Below are positions 9,323-19,660 of a stretch of 64,000 bases of DNA, piece after piece (the stretch's first letter is position 1; every line of letters begins with the position of its first letter). The notes below the pieces were generated by a model, which saw only the letters and a list, made by a program, of their open reading frames with translations, made no database searches and was not told the origin of the DNA. Where the stretch lies: the sequence record DRR723986_697. One strand, written 5' to 3'. Position numbers and translations under genes: made by a program.

Positions 9323-10525
9323 TTATCTGCCAAAAACCAGACGAGCTGTGCGCTGTGCCGTGGAGAACTCTTCTTCCTCGTTTGCTGGCACTGGCATGGC
9401 CGGCCCGCTTTGAACCGCCCCTGGCGAATAGGCAGATGACAAAGCCCAGTTCCAGTAACGCAGGATCGTCTGCGCCTTGGCAACGCTCAAAACTTCATAA
9501 ACTTCAGAGACATGCTGGAACTGAGGGTGAACGACCCCCTCCTCCAGTTCGAGCGGTTTGTTGAGCGCGACCCAGAGAACCGGCAGGAAGTCCCGCTTCA
9601 CGCCGGTCGCCTTGCAAAGGACGGCCAGCGCCTCACCGCCCTCATCGCCCAGAATCTTGGCAGCGGTTACCGGTTTTACACCAGACAGGTATCCGATCTC
9701 CTGCTCGGTGTGCGCATCCATGCCGTTGAGGGCCGCCGCGTTGATGGCGCTTTCGAGGCTGTCGAAGGGACTGCGCTCCAGAGCCGCGCGGTTACGCTGG
9801 CGGCGCTCAATCAGCTGGATGGCCTTGCGCGCGACAGGGTCTGCCCAGTTCTCCGCCGCGATCATTTCAAAGACGTCCTTGCAGGAGTCGATGATTTCGA
9901 GCCGGTCGGACGCGTAGCGCAGCAGGATCCGTTTCCGGGTCGGGCCATCTGCCCACCAGAACAGTGTCAGAGCGTGAGACGGGATCGTTTCCAGGCGATC
10001 CGCGATCAGTGAGCACAGGACCGGCAGGTCGCGCGAACGGCGGACCAGCTTGTCCACCGCCTGTTCCGGCAGTTCAGCGCCTTTGTTGAGAACCAGCTCC
10101 TTCAGCACATGATCCTCGCCGGTTTCCGCAAGATAGTTGCTGACCGGTCCCGGAACGAATTTCCGCTTGGCGATCGCCAGGCGGTGTTCCGCTGTCCCGG
10201 TCATCGCAATGTCCCGCAGGTCACATGCATCAAAGGCTTCATTGTCTTCAAGAAGCGGTGCGGCAATCGCATAAGGACACTGCGCCAGATAACGCAGCAG
10301 CCGGCGCGGCGCCTCTTTGCTTTGCGCCAGTCGCCGGGCGCACATGGCACGGTCTTCATTTTCAGCGTGGAACAGCATGTCGAGCAGGATATCCGCTGCC
10401 ATATGGCGGTCCTGCTGGGTCAGGCGCCCGCCGGCCGGCATCGAAACAATATCCACGAGCCGGCGGAACAGCGTGTTCCGCGCGCGGCCAATGCGTGGCT
10501 TTTCGGCCTGTTCGATCGATTCCAT
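9323..10525 (-). CDS. DUF2336 domain-containing protein
   Basis: Helical repeat protein with IAAPLL, HRLAIAKR and LV.N.GA motifs. Confidence 0.75.
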   Translation of the reverse strand: MESIEQAEKPRIGRARNTLFRRLVDIVSMPAGGRLTQQDRHMAADILLDMLFHAENEDRAMCARRLAQSKEAPRRLLRYLAQCPYAIAAPLLEDNEAFDACDLRDIAMTGTAEHRLAIAKRKFVPGPVSNYLAETGEDHVLKELVLNKGAELPEQAVDKLVRRSRDLPVLCSLIADRLETIPSHALTLFWWADGPTRKRILLRYASDRLEIIDSCKDVFEMIAAENWADPVARKAIQLIERRQRNRAALERSPFDSLESAINAAALNGMDAHTEQEIGYLSGVKPVTAAKILGDEGGEALAVLCKATGVKRDFLPVLWVALNKPLELEEGVVHPQFQHVSEVYEVLSVAKAQTILRYWNWALSSAYSPGAVQSGPAMPVPANEEEEFSTAQRTARLVFGR

Positions 10526-10601
10526 GTCGAGTTCGTATCCGTTGAACCGGGGAAAAGGTCGCAGGAAACAGTTAACGAGGGGTGGAATGTTTGACGGTCT
10601 G

Positions 10602-11060
10602 CTAACCGCGGATGCGGCCCGGATGCACCACCATGACCAGCAAGCTGGCGACCAGCATCAGGATTGACAGCATGAACAGCTGTCCTCCGTCCGTCGCGGT
10701 GCTCGAAGGATCCAGCGAAAGCGGGACATTCCGGCCAAGCCACGGCGACAGGTGAAACGCGATTGCGGCACCGCAAACCAGTGCGGCAATCGCAGCGCCG
10801 AAGCGCCGCGAGAATGGCAAGAGCAGGAAGAAAGCCGCGAACAGTTCAACGATCGCAATCACGAACCGCCCAGCCGGCTCAAACAGGGAAACGCCTGAGC
10901 GCTCAGCGATGGTCTGGAACACGATATTCTGACCTGGCGCATCAAACAGTTTCACGGAGCCTTCGGGCGGGTCCGGCAAAGGCGCAATCGTGGACTGGAT
11001 GAACAAGGCGATCAGGAACAGCGCGAGCGCCCAGCTGATGAGATGTCTGAATATACGCAT
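10602..11060 (-). CDS. Hypothetical inner-membrane protein (DoxX-like)
   Basis: Four hydrophobic segments; FEP.GR...VEL and GAAIAFHLSPWLG motifs. Confidence 0.6.
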   Translation of the reverse strand: MRIFRHLISWALALFLIALFIQSTIAPLPDPPEGSVKLFDAPGQNIVFQTIAERSGVSLFEPAGRFVIAIVELFAAFFLLLPFSRRFGAAIAALVCGAAIAFHLSPWLGRNVPLSLDPSSTATDGGQLFMLSILMLVASLLVMVVHPGRIRG

Positions 11061-11206
11061 GGTCCACCCTGGATACCGGCAGGTTTGTTAAGGCTACCGG
11101 TCGCGGCGCAGCAGCGCAACTGGTTGAAACCCGGCGTTTCTGTGGCGAAGCGGGCTTTCCATCCCTTCCCGGGCTACCTAATGTCCCGCCTCTAGCGGGA
11201 GGTTGA

Positions 11207-12658
11207 ATGGACGAACAGGTCGAATCCATTGCCGACGAGATTACGGAAGAAGCGGCGAGCGACGTCACGTCTCCGGTCAGCGGTGTCAGCGAAGCGCTGA
11301 CAGCAGGTGCCTCGCTCCTGTCGACCGCCAGCCATTGGCGCGCCCGGCGAATTCGCCGGGTCGTGAAGATCGAGCTGCCGGCCTACCTGCTCGTCCAATG
11401 CAGCTGGTTCATGGCGTTTGGCCTGCAGATGGTTCTGTTCCCCTACCTGATTACGGACGCCAATCACCTGCACCGTGACGGCCTCGCACTCGGCCTCGCC
11501 AATATGGCCTTGTCCGGTCCCTCGGTGATTTTCCTGCTACTGGGCGGTGTGGTGGCCGAACGCGCAGACGGCAAACGCCTGCTGATCCTGCTTCACCTTC
11601 TGGCAGCCGCGCCGGCGCTCGCGCTGGCAGCGTTCGTCTGGAAAGGCACCCTCACCTATCCCGCCATGATCGCCTATGGCCTTACCATCGGCACCGTCGG
11701 TGCCTTCATGATGCCCGCCCGGGACTCGATCGTGAATGAAGTCGTTGAACGCCGTGCCCGCGTCGGATCCGGCGTGACGCTGCAACTCGGCGTGACCCTG
11801 GCCACGATGGCACAGTTCGTCGCCCAGATCGGCGGACTGATCATTGGCGGCTATGCCGACAAGCTGACCAAGATGCCAGACTGGATGGGCGGGTTCGGAA
11901 TCGGTCCGATCCCGGCAGAGCAACTCCTTTTCATTCAAGGCACCGTCCTGGCACTCGGCGCCATCTTCGCGCTCTGGCTGGGCAAGGGCCGCCAGTTGCT
12001 CAGCAGCGGCCGGGGTGTGAAAGGCGCGCTGGCCGATATCGCCGACGGCTTCCACGCCGTTCGCTCTGACGGCAAGCTCTGGGCGATGACGGCCCTGATG
12101 TTCGGCGTCGGCATTTTCGTGATCGGCGCCTTCCTCGTCGTGCTGCCGATCGTGAACCGGGATGTCTATGGCTTCGGCCCCGATGGCATCCGGGACATGT
12201 TCGTGACTTTCTGGATGGGCGCCTTCGTCTCATCCGTGGTGCTGTCGGTCTTCAAGCGCATAAAACGCCAGGGCCGTCTTCTGCTGATCGCGCAGTTCCT
12301 GGCATCGCTCAGCATCCTCCTGATGATGTGGCCGGTCCCGCATTGGGGCTTCCTCACCATCGTGTTCGTCTGGGGGCTCGCTGCCGGCATTTCCATCGCC
12401 ATGAGCCGTTCCATCGTTCAGGACGCCGCGCCGAAGGAAAAGCTTGCGCGCGTGCTGTCGATCTACCAACTCGGCTTCATGGCCGGGGCGCCGTTTGGCG
12501 CGTTCCTGATGGGGGCCCTGGTCGACCTGTTCGGCCCGGCAAAGATCGCCATCGTGCCGGCAGGCGGCATGATCATCCTGATCCTGTGGATGGTTTTCTT
12601 CACGCCGGTCTGGAACATGAAAGGCTCTGCCTGGCTCGCCCATCGCGAAAAGGCCTGA
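11207..12658 (+). CDS. MFS transporter
   Basis: About 12 TM segments; GGVVAERADGKRLL motif A variant. Confidence 0.85.
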   Translation: MDEQVESIADEITEEAASDVTSPVSGVSEALTAGASLLSTASHWRARRIRRVVKIELPAYLLVQCSWFMAFGLQMVLFPYLITDANHLHRDGLALGLANMALSGPSVIFLLLGGVVAERADGKRLLILLHLLAAAPALALAAFVWKGTLTYPAMIAYGLTIGTVGAFMMPARDSIVNEVVERRARVGSGVTLQLGVTLATMAQFVAQIGGLIIGGYADKLTKMPDWMGGFGIGPIPAEQLLFIQGTVLALGAIFALWLGKGRQLLSSGRGVKGALADIADGFHAVRSDGKLWAMTALMFGVGIFVIGAFLVVLPIVNRDVYGFGPDGIRDMFVTFWMGAFVSSVVLSVFKRIKRQGRLLLIAQFLASLSILLMMWPVPHWGFLTIVFVWGLAAGISIAMSRSIVQDAAPKEKLARVLSIYQLGFMAGAPFGAFLMGALVDLFGPAKIAIVPAGGMIILILWMVFFTPVWNMKGSAWLAHREKA

Positions 12659-12715
12659 AAACCGCCGCCATTGCCGGGCTGACAATTGGCCAGAAGCCAA
12701 TTAACCCGTGCAGAC

Positions 12716-13771
12716 ATGTCGTCCCTGCCTCGCGCCACAATCCACCTTGACCATATCGTCGCCAATTGGCGCACGATGGCAGGACTGCAACCGAAGTCGA
12801 CAACCGCAGCAGTCGTCAAGGCCAATGCCTACGGCCTTGGCGCGGAACCTGTGGCCCGTGCACTGGCAGCTGCCGGGTGCGACACCTTCTTTGTCGCCTA
12901 TCCGGAAGAAGGCGCTGCCGTTCGGAAGACCGTTGGGCCAGCCCCTTCCATATTCATTCTGAACGGGCCTGGCCCCTCCACGATGCACCTGTTCCATGCA
13001 CACGCTCTCACCGCCGTCCTGAGCAGCGAAGCGCAAGTCAGTCTCTGGGCCGATGCGGCGAGCCTGCCTTGCGCGCTTCACTTCGACACCGGCATGAACC
13101 GGCTGGGCCTGCCCGTGAGTGTGCTGGAAGCCAATGTCGACGCGCTGCGCGCCCTCAAGCCGGTCCTGGTAATGAGTCACCTCGCCTGCGCCGATGAGCC
13201 GGACCATGAAATGAACGCCGCCCAGCTGGCCGCCTTCAGCGATATCGCAGCCGCCTTCCCCGGCGTTCCGGCAAGCCTCGCCAATTCGGCCGGCTGTTAT
13301 CTAGGCCGCGACTACGGCTTTCAGCTCACACGCCCCGGCCTTGCCCTTTACGGCGGCACGAGCCCCCCAGCCCGCGTGCATCTGCAGCACGCCGTCACGC
13401 TGGAGGCAGAGATTCTCAGTGTCTTCTCCGTCAAGTCAGGCGAAACGGTAGGATATGGCGCGACATTCAAGGCGCCGCAGGACATGGTACTCGCCACGGT
13501 CGGCCTCGGTTATGCCGACGGCGTTCTGAGGTCCGCCTCCAACTGTTTCATCGGCTGGCTGGACGATCAGCCTTGCCCCGTCACCGGCCGGGTGTCGATG
13601 GACCTGATAACGATTGATGTTTCAAAGGCACAGCGGACAGCAAAAGCAGGCCGCCGCGTTGAATTCCTGGGTCCGCATGCCAAACTCGAAGACCAGGCCG
13701 CACGGGCCAACACGCTCGGCTATGAGCTACTCACAGGACTCGGGACACGTGTCGAACGCCTCTACCCCTAA
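12716..13771 (+). CDS. alr: Alanine racemase
   Basis: AVVKANAYGLG PLP lysine motif; DTGMNRLG, MSHLACAD and GRVSMD motifs. Confidence 0.95.
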   Translation: MSSLPRATIHLDHIVANWRTMAGLQPKSTTAAVVKANAYGLGAEPVARALAAAGCDTFFVAYPEEGAAVRKTVGPAPSIFILNGPGPSTMHLFHAHALTAVLSSEAQVSLWADAASLPCALHFDTGMNRLGLPVSVLEANVDALRALKPVLVMSHLACADEPDHEMNAAQLAAFSDIAAAFPGVPASLANSAGCYLGRDYGFQLTRPGLALYGGTSPPARVHLQHAVTLEAEILSVFSVKSGETVGYGATFKAPQDMVLATVGLGYADGVLRSASNCFIGWLDDQPCPVTGRVSMDLITIDVSKAQRTAKAGRRVEFLGPHAKLEDQAARANTLGYELLTGLGTRVERLYP

Positions 13772-14561
13772 TCGCGGGATCCCCAATCCGCTGGCCTGGA
13801 TCGGCGCAGCTGCACTCGGCCTCTTCGGGGAGATCGGCCGGCTGGCTGTGTTCTCCGCCAGGGTAAAGGCCGCGGCATTCTCGCCGCGCTGGTATGTCGG
13901 CCAGATCTGGAAGCAGATCGTCCAGATCGGCTTTTTCTCCCTGCCGGTCGTCGGCATGTCTGCCATCTTCATTGGCGCCGCGCTCGCCCTGAACATCTAT
14001 CAGGGAAGTGGCCGCTTCGGCGCAGAACAGTTCGTTCCGAACATCGTGGTGCTCGGCATCACGCGAGAACTCGGTGCCACGATCACCGCACTGATGCTCG
14101 CCGGACGGGTCTCTGCCGGTATTTCCGCAGAGATCGGCGCCATGCGGGTGACCGAGCAGATCGACGCGCTGGAATCCCTCTCCGCCTCGCCCTACCGCTA
14201 CCTCTATGCGCCTCGCTTCCTCGCCGCGCTGATCGCCCTGCCGATGCTTGTGCTGGTCGCGGATATTATCGGCGTCATGGGCGGCTGGGCGGTGTCCGTG
14301 TTCGGCCTCGGCTTCGATTCCACGGTCTACCTGCGCAACACGCTCGACTTCGTCACCCGTAACGACATCCTGACCGGCCTGATCAAGGCGGTGGTCTTCG
14401 GCGCCGTGATCGCGCTGATGGGCTGTTATCAGGGCGACAGATCCAAAGCGGGCGCGACAGGTGTGGGCCGCGCGGCGACCCTCTCCATGGTCGGCGCCGC
14501 CGTCTTGGTGCTCGCTTCAAACTACATCATGTCGACCATCTTCGTGGAGATCGGCCTGTGA
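13749..14561 (+). CDS. mlaE: MlaE family ABC permease
   Basis: RELGATITALMLAGRV and AEIGAMRVTEQIDAL motifs; start uncertain (GTG 13749 or ATG 13722). Confidence 0.9.
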   Translation: MSNASTPNRGIPNPLAWIGAAALGLFGEIGRLAVFSARVKAAAFSPRWYVGQIWKQIVQIGFFSLPVVGMSAIFIGAALALNIYQGSGRFGAEQFVPNIVVLGITRELGATITALMLAGRVSAGISAEIGAMRVTEQIDALESLSASPYRYLYAPRFLAALIALPMLVLVADIIGVMGGWAVSVFGLGFDSTVYLRNTLDFVTRNDILTGLIKAVVFGAVIALMGCYQGDRSKAGATGVGRAATLSMVGAAVLVLASNYIMSTIFVEIGL

Positions 14562-15322
14562 CGACCCCCATTCTCAGCCTGCAGAATGTCGAGAAGCGGT
14601 TCGGCAAGAATCACGTCTTGCGCGGCGTGACGCTGGACGTTGCGCCCGGCGAAAGCCTCGTCGTGATCGGCGGCTCCGGCTCGGGCAAATCCGTCATGCT
14701 TAAGAACGCCCTCGGCCTGATGACCCCGGACTCAGGCCAGATCCTCTTCAACGGCGAAGACGTGACCCAGGCGAAAGGCAAGACCCGTGCCCGTATGCGC
14801 GAACGGGTCGGCATGCTGTTCCAGTCCGGCGCGCTTTTCGACTCCCTCACCGTCTGGGAGAATGTCGCCTTCCGCCTCGTGAATTCCGGCGTGGTCAGCC
14901 GCGCCAAGGCGAAAGACCGCGCCATCGAGACGCTCAGCAAGGTGCGCCTCGGTTCAGATGTGGCAGACCTTTACCCGGCAGAGATTTCCGGCGGCATGCA
15001 GAAACGCGTCTCGCTCGCCCGCTCCATCATTTCCAAGCCGGACCTGATCTTCTTCGACGAGCCAACCACAGGTCTCGACCCGATCACGGCAGACGCGATC
15101 AATGACCTCATCATCGAGCAGGTGCGCGGCCTCGGCGCGGCGACAGTGACCATCACCCACGACATGGCGTCGGCCCGCAAGATTGCTGACGACGTCGCCA
15201 TGCTGTTCGAGGGAGAGATCATCTGGCGCGGCAAGGCGTCGGACGTCGACAATAGCGGCAACCCCTATGTCGACCAGTTCGTACACGGACGCGCCGAAGG
15301 CCCCATCCAGCCTGCGCTTTAA
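14558..15322 (+). CDS. mlaF: MlaF-like ABC ATPase
   Basis: Walker A GGSGSGKS, ISGGMQKRV and FFDEPTTGLDP motifs. Confidence 0.88.
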   Translation: MTTPILSLQNVEKRFGKNHVLRGVTLDVAPGESLVVIGGSGSGKSVMLKNALGLMTPDSGQILFNGEDVTQAKGKTRARMRERVGMLFQSGALFDSLTVWENVAFRLVNSGVVSRAKAKDRAIETLSKVRLGSDVADLYPAEISGGMQKRVSLARSIISKPDLIFFDEPTTGLDPITADAINDLIIEQVRGLGAATVTITHDMASARKIADDVAMLFEGEIIWRGKASDVDNSGNPYVDQFVHGRAEGPIQPAL

Positions 15323-15512
15323 GGGCATTAGGAAAGCTTCCTGGTAAACACTCCGGGAAGTGTGCCTATTCATGGCCCTTCCCCGGGCATTTGGTTCGAC
15401 CCTACGCTTTGGTCAGGAATGGGAATTGGTCCATTCGAGCCTATTTTCTCGTGGACCGATCCTGGTTCATAGCGCAGAAACAAATGGCAAGAGAGGGACT
15501 TAGGGCGATGCT

Positions 15513-16103
15513 ATGATGGATTTCATCAAATATATTTCGGTGGCTTTCACAGCGCTTTCCCTCGCGTTTACCGGCTGGCTGCAATACGAAAAATTCCGGC
15601 TCGATGGCGAATGGCGGATCGATACCTGTACTGAGCAGGCAGACTTCAATAACTACAAAGGCCTTCACCTGGCCTGGCGTGTGTTCCTGTCTGACGACCC
15701 GCTTTCAGCCCCTGTGGTTGGCGACGGAGAGAAGGTCGAAGAATCCTTTGCTCCTATACCCGCCACGGCTCGCTTTCCGGTGCGACTGGTTGGCACCAAG
15801 GAAATCAATTCGGTTTCATTAACAGGGCGGTTCGAAGGTGCGCGCCGTGCCTCGACTGGCCGTTTCGAATTCCGCCCCACCCTCTCGAAAAGGCTGCTTT
15901 CCGGCTACATCCCGTTCTATCAGCGAAATGTCGACGTGCTTGATGGCTCCTTCGCCCTTACCGCTGGAAATGCACGCGGCCCGGCACGCGCTGTGCGCCT
16001 GACCGATGGCAAACAGCCCGACGGGGTCGCCCCTTTCTCCTGCATGGGCAAGACCGTCTCGGATAGGCACATTCCGGCTGATGAAGAAACGGAAGAGCTT
16101 TAG
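15513..16103 (+). CDS. Hypothetical protein: N-terminal TM anchor plus beta-strand-rich domain
   Basis: 196-aa ORF filling the mlaF-radA gap; visibly more AT-rich codon usage. Confidence 0.6.
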   Translation: MMDFIKYISVAFTALSLAFTGWLQYEKFRLDGEWRIDTCTEQADFNNYKGLHLAWRVFLSDDPLSAPVVGDGEKVEESFAPIPATARFPVRLVGTKEINSVSLTGRFEGARRASTGRFEFRPTLSKRLLSGYIPFYQRNVDVLDGSFALTAGNARGPARAVRLTDGKQPDGVAPFSCMGKTVSDRHIPADEETEEL

Positions 16104-16227
16104 GAATAGGCTGGCCTTTTCCTCTCGGACAAACGGGATAGCGTAGGTGCTGAGGCCTGAAATTTGGCACATTCTCTGCCGAAACTAGCCTCTTCCGTCG
16201 CAAAACGAAGCCCGCTAGGTCAAGTCC

Positions 16228-17610
16228 ATGGCCAAAACCGCTACCACCGCCTTTGTCTGCCAGTCCTGCGGGGAAGTGCACTCCAAATGGAGCGGCAAGT
16301 GTAGTGGCTGCGGGGAGTGGAACACGCTGGTCGAGGAAGTCACCGGCGGCGTCCCGGGCGGACTCGCGGCGCCGAAGACAGGCTCCAAACGCTCCGGCAA
16401 GGTCGAATTCGTTGCGCTCAATGATACCGCCGAGGCCCCAGCCCGGATCGTGATGGGGGTCGATGAGCTGGACCGTGTGTTCGGCGGCGGCATCGTTCCT
16501 TCATCCGCGACCCTGATTGGCGGGGATCCGGGCATCGGCAAATCGACCTTGTTGCTGCAGGTTGCAGCACGCCTCGCCCGCAACGGCCTGAAGACGGTCT
16601 ATGTCTCAGGCGAAGAAGCCGCGCCCCAGATCCAGGACCGCGCCAAACGGCTCAAAGTGGCCGAGAGCCCTGTCCAGCTCGCGACGGAAACGGATTTGCG
16701 CAAGATCATAAGCGCCCTGAAGGCTGCCGAACCGGACTTTGTCGTGATCGACTCGATCCAGACTCTCTGGTCCGACAGCCTGGAAGCCGCCCCCGGCTCT
16801 GTCTCCCAGGTCCGCGCCTGCGCGCAGGAACTGGTGCGCTGGGCCAAGAAGTCCGGCGCCGCAGTCGTCCTGGTTGGCCACGTCACCAAGGAAGGCAATA
16901 TCGCTGGCCCGCGCGTTGTGGAACACATGGTGGATGCCGTCTTCTATTTCGAAGGCGAGCGCGGACACCAGTTCCGCATCCTGCGCGCGGTGAAGAACCG
17001 CTTCGGCCCGACTGACGAGATTGGTATCTTCGAGATGCACCAATATGGCCTCGCCCCCGCCAAGGAGCCCTCGGCCCTGTTCCTCAGCGCAGATGGCGAG
17101 AGCGAAGGCGGCGCAGCGGTGTTCGCGGCCATGGAAGGCTCGCGCCCTGTGCTGGCGGAGGTACAGGCCCTTGTTGCCAAGAGTGCCTATGGCACACCGC
17201 GGCGCAGTGTGGTCGGCTGGGATTCCGGCCGCCTCGCCATGTTGCTGGCCGTGCTGGAAGCACGCTGTGGCATCACGCTGGCGGGCATGGACGTCTATCT
17301 CTCCGTGGCCGGAGGTTACAGGATTATGGAGCCTGCTGGCGACCTCTCCGCCGCCGCAGCCCTGCTCACCTCCCTGTCTGCCAACCCGGCGCCGGAGCGC
17401 AGCGTTTTCTTCGGCGAAGTCGCCCTGTCGGGCGCCGTTCGTCCGGTTGCCCGTATGGAACAGCGCCTGAAGGAAGCCGAGCGGCTGGGATTCGAGCGCG
17501 CATTCGTGCCGGAAGGTGCGCCGACCGCAGTGGATGGCTTGACCGTGACGCCGATTAAACGGCTTATCGACCTTGTGGAGTTGCTTGCCCCGGACGCACT
17601 GAATGCTTGA
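16228..17610 (+). CDS. radA: DNA repair protein RadA/Sms
   Basis: C4 zinc finger, GGDPGIGKST and KNRFG motifs. Confidence 0.97.
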   Translation: MAKTATTAFVCQSCGEVHSKWSGKCSGCGEWNTLVEEVTGGVPGGLAAPKTGSKRSGKVEFVALNDTAEAPARIVMGVDELDRVFGGGIVPSSATLIGGDPGIGKSTLLLQVAARLARNGLKTVYVSGEEAAPQIQDRAKRLKVAESPVQLATETDLRKIISALKAAEPDFVVIDSIQTLWSDSLEAAPGSVSQVRACAQELVRWAKKSGAAVVLVGHVTKEGNIAGPRVVEHMVDAVFYFEGERGHQFRILRAVKNRFGPTDEIGIFEMHQYGLAPAKEPSALFLSADGESEGGAAVFAAMEGSRPVLAEVQALVAKSAYGTPRRSVVGWDSGRLAMLLAVLEARCGITLAGMDVYLSVAGGYRIMEPAGDLSAAAALLTSLSANPAPERSVFFGEVALSGAVRPVARMEQRLKEAERLGFERAFVPEGAPTAVDGLTVTPIKRLIDLVELLAPDALNA

Positions 17611-18148
17611 GTCCATTACAGCTTTCGACGGAATCGCGCTGGCGGTTGTCGTGATCTCAGGGATCATGGGGTTTGCCCGTGGATTTCTAAGGGAATTGGC
17701 CACGCTCGGCGCATTTATCGGCGCGCTGGCCGCCGCATACTATGCGAGGGAATTCCTCCGGGACGATCTCGCGGCTCTGTTGCCACCCGATATTCCAGTC
17801 GTAACTGCGGATCTGATTCTGGTAGGCGTCGCCTTTCTCATCATTTATGTGCTGATTGCCTGGCTCGGACAGCGACTTTCCAAAAATATCCACGGTGCAG
17901 AAGGCATCGGCATGTTCGACCATGTGGCCGGCGCCGTGTTCGGCGTGCTGCGAGGCTTCGTAGCCCTTGTTTTCTTTGTAGTCCTTCTGGGACTCGTGCT
18001 CGAACAGAGCCGGATTCCAAGCTTCATCCAGAACGGAATTACCTATCCGCCGCTGCGGAATCTGGCCGATTTCGTGAATGTTGAAGCAGCCAAGGTGGGA
18101 AAAGAAGTGCAAGCCCCCCTTTCCTCTGAGGAGGAAAACGGGCAATAG
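17603..18148 (+). CDS. cvpA: CvpA family membrane protein
   Basis: RGFLRE and D...GAVFGVLRG motifs; lies between radA and purF. Confidence 0.88.
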   Translation: MLESITAFDGIALAVVVISGIMGFARGFLRELATLGAFIGALAAAYYAREFLRDDLAALLPPDIPVVTADLILVGVAFLIIYVLIAWLGQRLSKNIHGAEGIGMFDHVAGAVFGVLRGFVALVFFVVLLGLVLEQSRIPSFIQNGITYPPLRNLADFVNVEAAKVGKEVQAPLSSEEENGQ

Positions 18149-18187
18149 GCCCCTGTCGCAAGTCTGTCATCCAGGAGCGCATGTCGT

Positions 18188-19639
18188 ATGGTCCACTTTG
18201 ATCACGATGACGACAAGCCCCGCGAAGAGTGTGGCGTCTTCGGTATTTTCGGAAATCACGAAGCCAGCCTTCTGACTGCGCTTGGCCTGCACGCGCTGCA
18301 GCACCGCGGACAGGAAGCCTGCGGCATCACCTCTTTCGACGGCAAGCGTTTCCCCTCCGAGCGCCATATGGGCATGGTGGGTGAGCATTTTGGCGGCGAC
18401 CTGCGCGCCCGCCTGCCGGGCCATGCCGCGATCGGCCACAACCGCTATTCCACTCAAGGCCGGCCGATGCTTCGCAACATCCAGCCGATCTTCGCGGATC
18501 TTGCCGGCGGCGGCTTTGCCGTTGCCCATAACGGCAACCTGACGAATTCCCGCGAGCTGCGCTACCAGCTGGTCCAGGATGGGGCGATCTTCCAGTCGAC
18601 CATGGACACCGAGGTGATCCTGCACCTCGTTGCCCGCTCCAGCCGTCCGCGTTTCCTTGACCGCCTGATCGACGCCCTGCAGAAGATCGAGGGCGGCTAT
18701 GCCCTGGTCGGCCTGACCGGCAAGAAGCTGATCGGCGCACGCGATCCGGTGGGCCTGCGCCCGCTCGTGCTCGGCCGCCTTGGCGATGCGTATGTTCTGG
18801 CTTCTGAAACCTGCGCACTCGACATCATCGGTGCCGAATTCGTGCGCGAAGTTGAGAATGGCGAAGTCGTTGTCATTTCCGACAAGGGGATTGAATCCCA
18901 TCGCTTCGCCCAGGCCCGCCCGGCCAGCCCCTGCATCTTCGAATATGTCTACTTTGCGCGCCCTGACAGTATCGTTCAGGGCCGTTCTGTCTATGAAGTG
19001 CGCCGCCGCATGGGCCACCAGCTGGCCGCGGAAACGCTGTGCGAAGCCGATGTGGTCGTACCGGTGCCGGATTCCGGCGTGCCTGCCGCGCTCGGCTTTT
19101 CCGAAGCCTCCGGCATCCCCTTCCAGATGGGCATTATCCGGAACCACTATGTGGGCCGGACCTTCATCCAGCCGACCCAGACCGGCCGCCAGAGCGCGAT
19201 CTCCAAGAAACACAGCCCGAACAAGGCCGTGCTGGAAGGCAAGCGCGTCGTGCTGGTCGATGATTCCATAGTCCGCGGCAACACGTCGAAGAAAATCGTG
19301 CAGATGGTGAAAGAGGCGGGCGCCAAGGAAATCCACTTCCGCTCAGCCAGCCCGCCGATCGTGAACCCGGATTTCTACGGTATCGACATGGCCGCGAAGT
19401 CCGAACTGTTCGCCGCGATCCACACTCATGAGGAAATGGTGCGTGAGCTGAAGGTGGACTCCCTCGGCTTCCTGTCGGTTCCGGGTCTCTACCACGCCAT
19501 CGGCGAGCCGGTGCGCAACAATATGATGCCGCAGTTCGCCGACCACTGCTTCACCGGCGAATACCCCACCCCGCTGGTCGATTACGAGCATGACGAGAGT
19601 GACAAGGAGCGTCAGCTCTCCCTGCTGGACGACGCGTAA
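18188..19639 (+). CDS. purF: Amidophosphoribosyltransferase
   Basis: EECGVFG, LQHRGQE, VPDSG and VLVDDSIVRGNT motifs. Confidence 0.97.
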   Translation: MVHFDHDDDKPREECGVFGIFGNHEASLLTALGLHALQHRGQEACGITSFDGKRFPSERHMGMVGEHFGGDLRARLPGHAAIGHNRYSTQGRPMLRNIQPIFADLAGGGFAVAHNGNLTNSRELRYQLVQDGAIFQSTMDTEVILHLVARSSRPRFLDRLIDALQKIEGGYALVGLTGKKLIGARDPVGLRPLVLGRLGDAYVLASETCALDIIGAEFVREVENGEVVVISDKGIESHRFAQARPASPCIFEYVYFARPDSIVQGRSVYEVRRRMGHQLAAETLCEADVVVPVPDSGVPAALGFSEASGIPFQMGIIRNHYVGRTFIQPTQTGRQSAISKKHSPNKAVLEGKRVVLVDDSIVRGNTSKKIVQMVKEAGAKEIHFRSASPPIVNPDFYGIDMAAKSELFAAIHTHEEMVRELKVDSLGFLSVPGLYHAIGEPVRNNMMPQFADHCFTGEYPTPLVDYEHDESDKERQLSLLDDA

Positions 19640-19660
19640 GGCCTGCGCTAGACGCGCGGC

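Noticed and set aside
16228-17610. radA as the ICE integration site
   Set aside because: radA is intact and coupled to cvpA, with no integrase or duplicated end nearby
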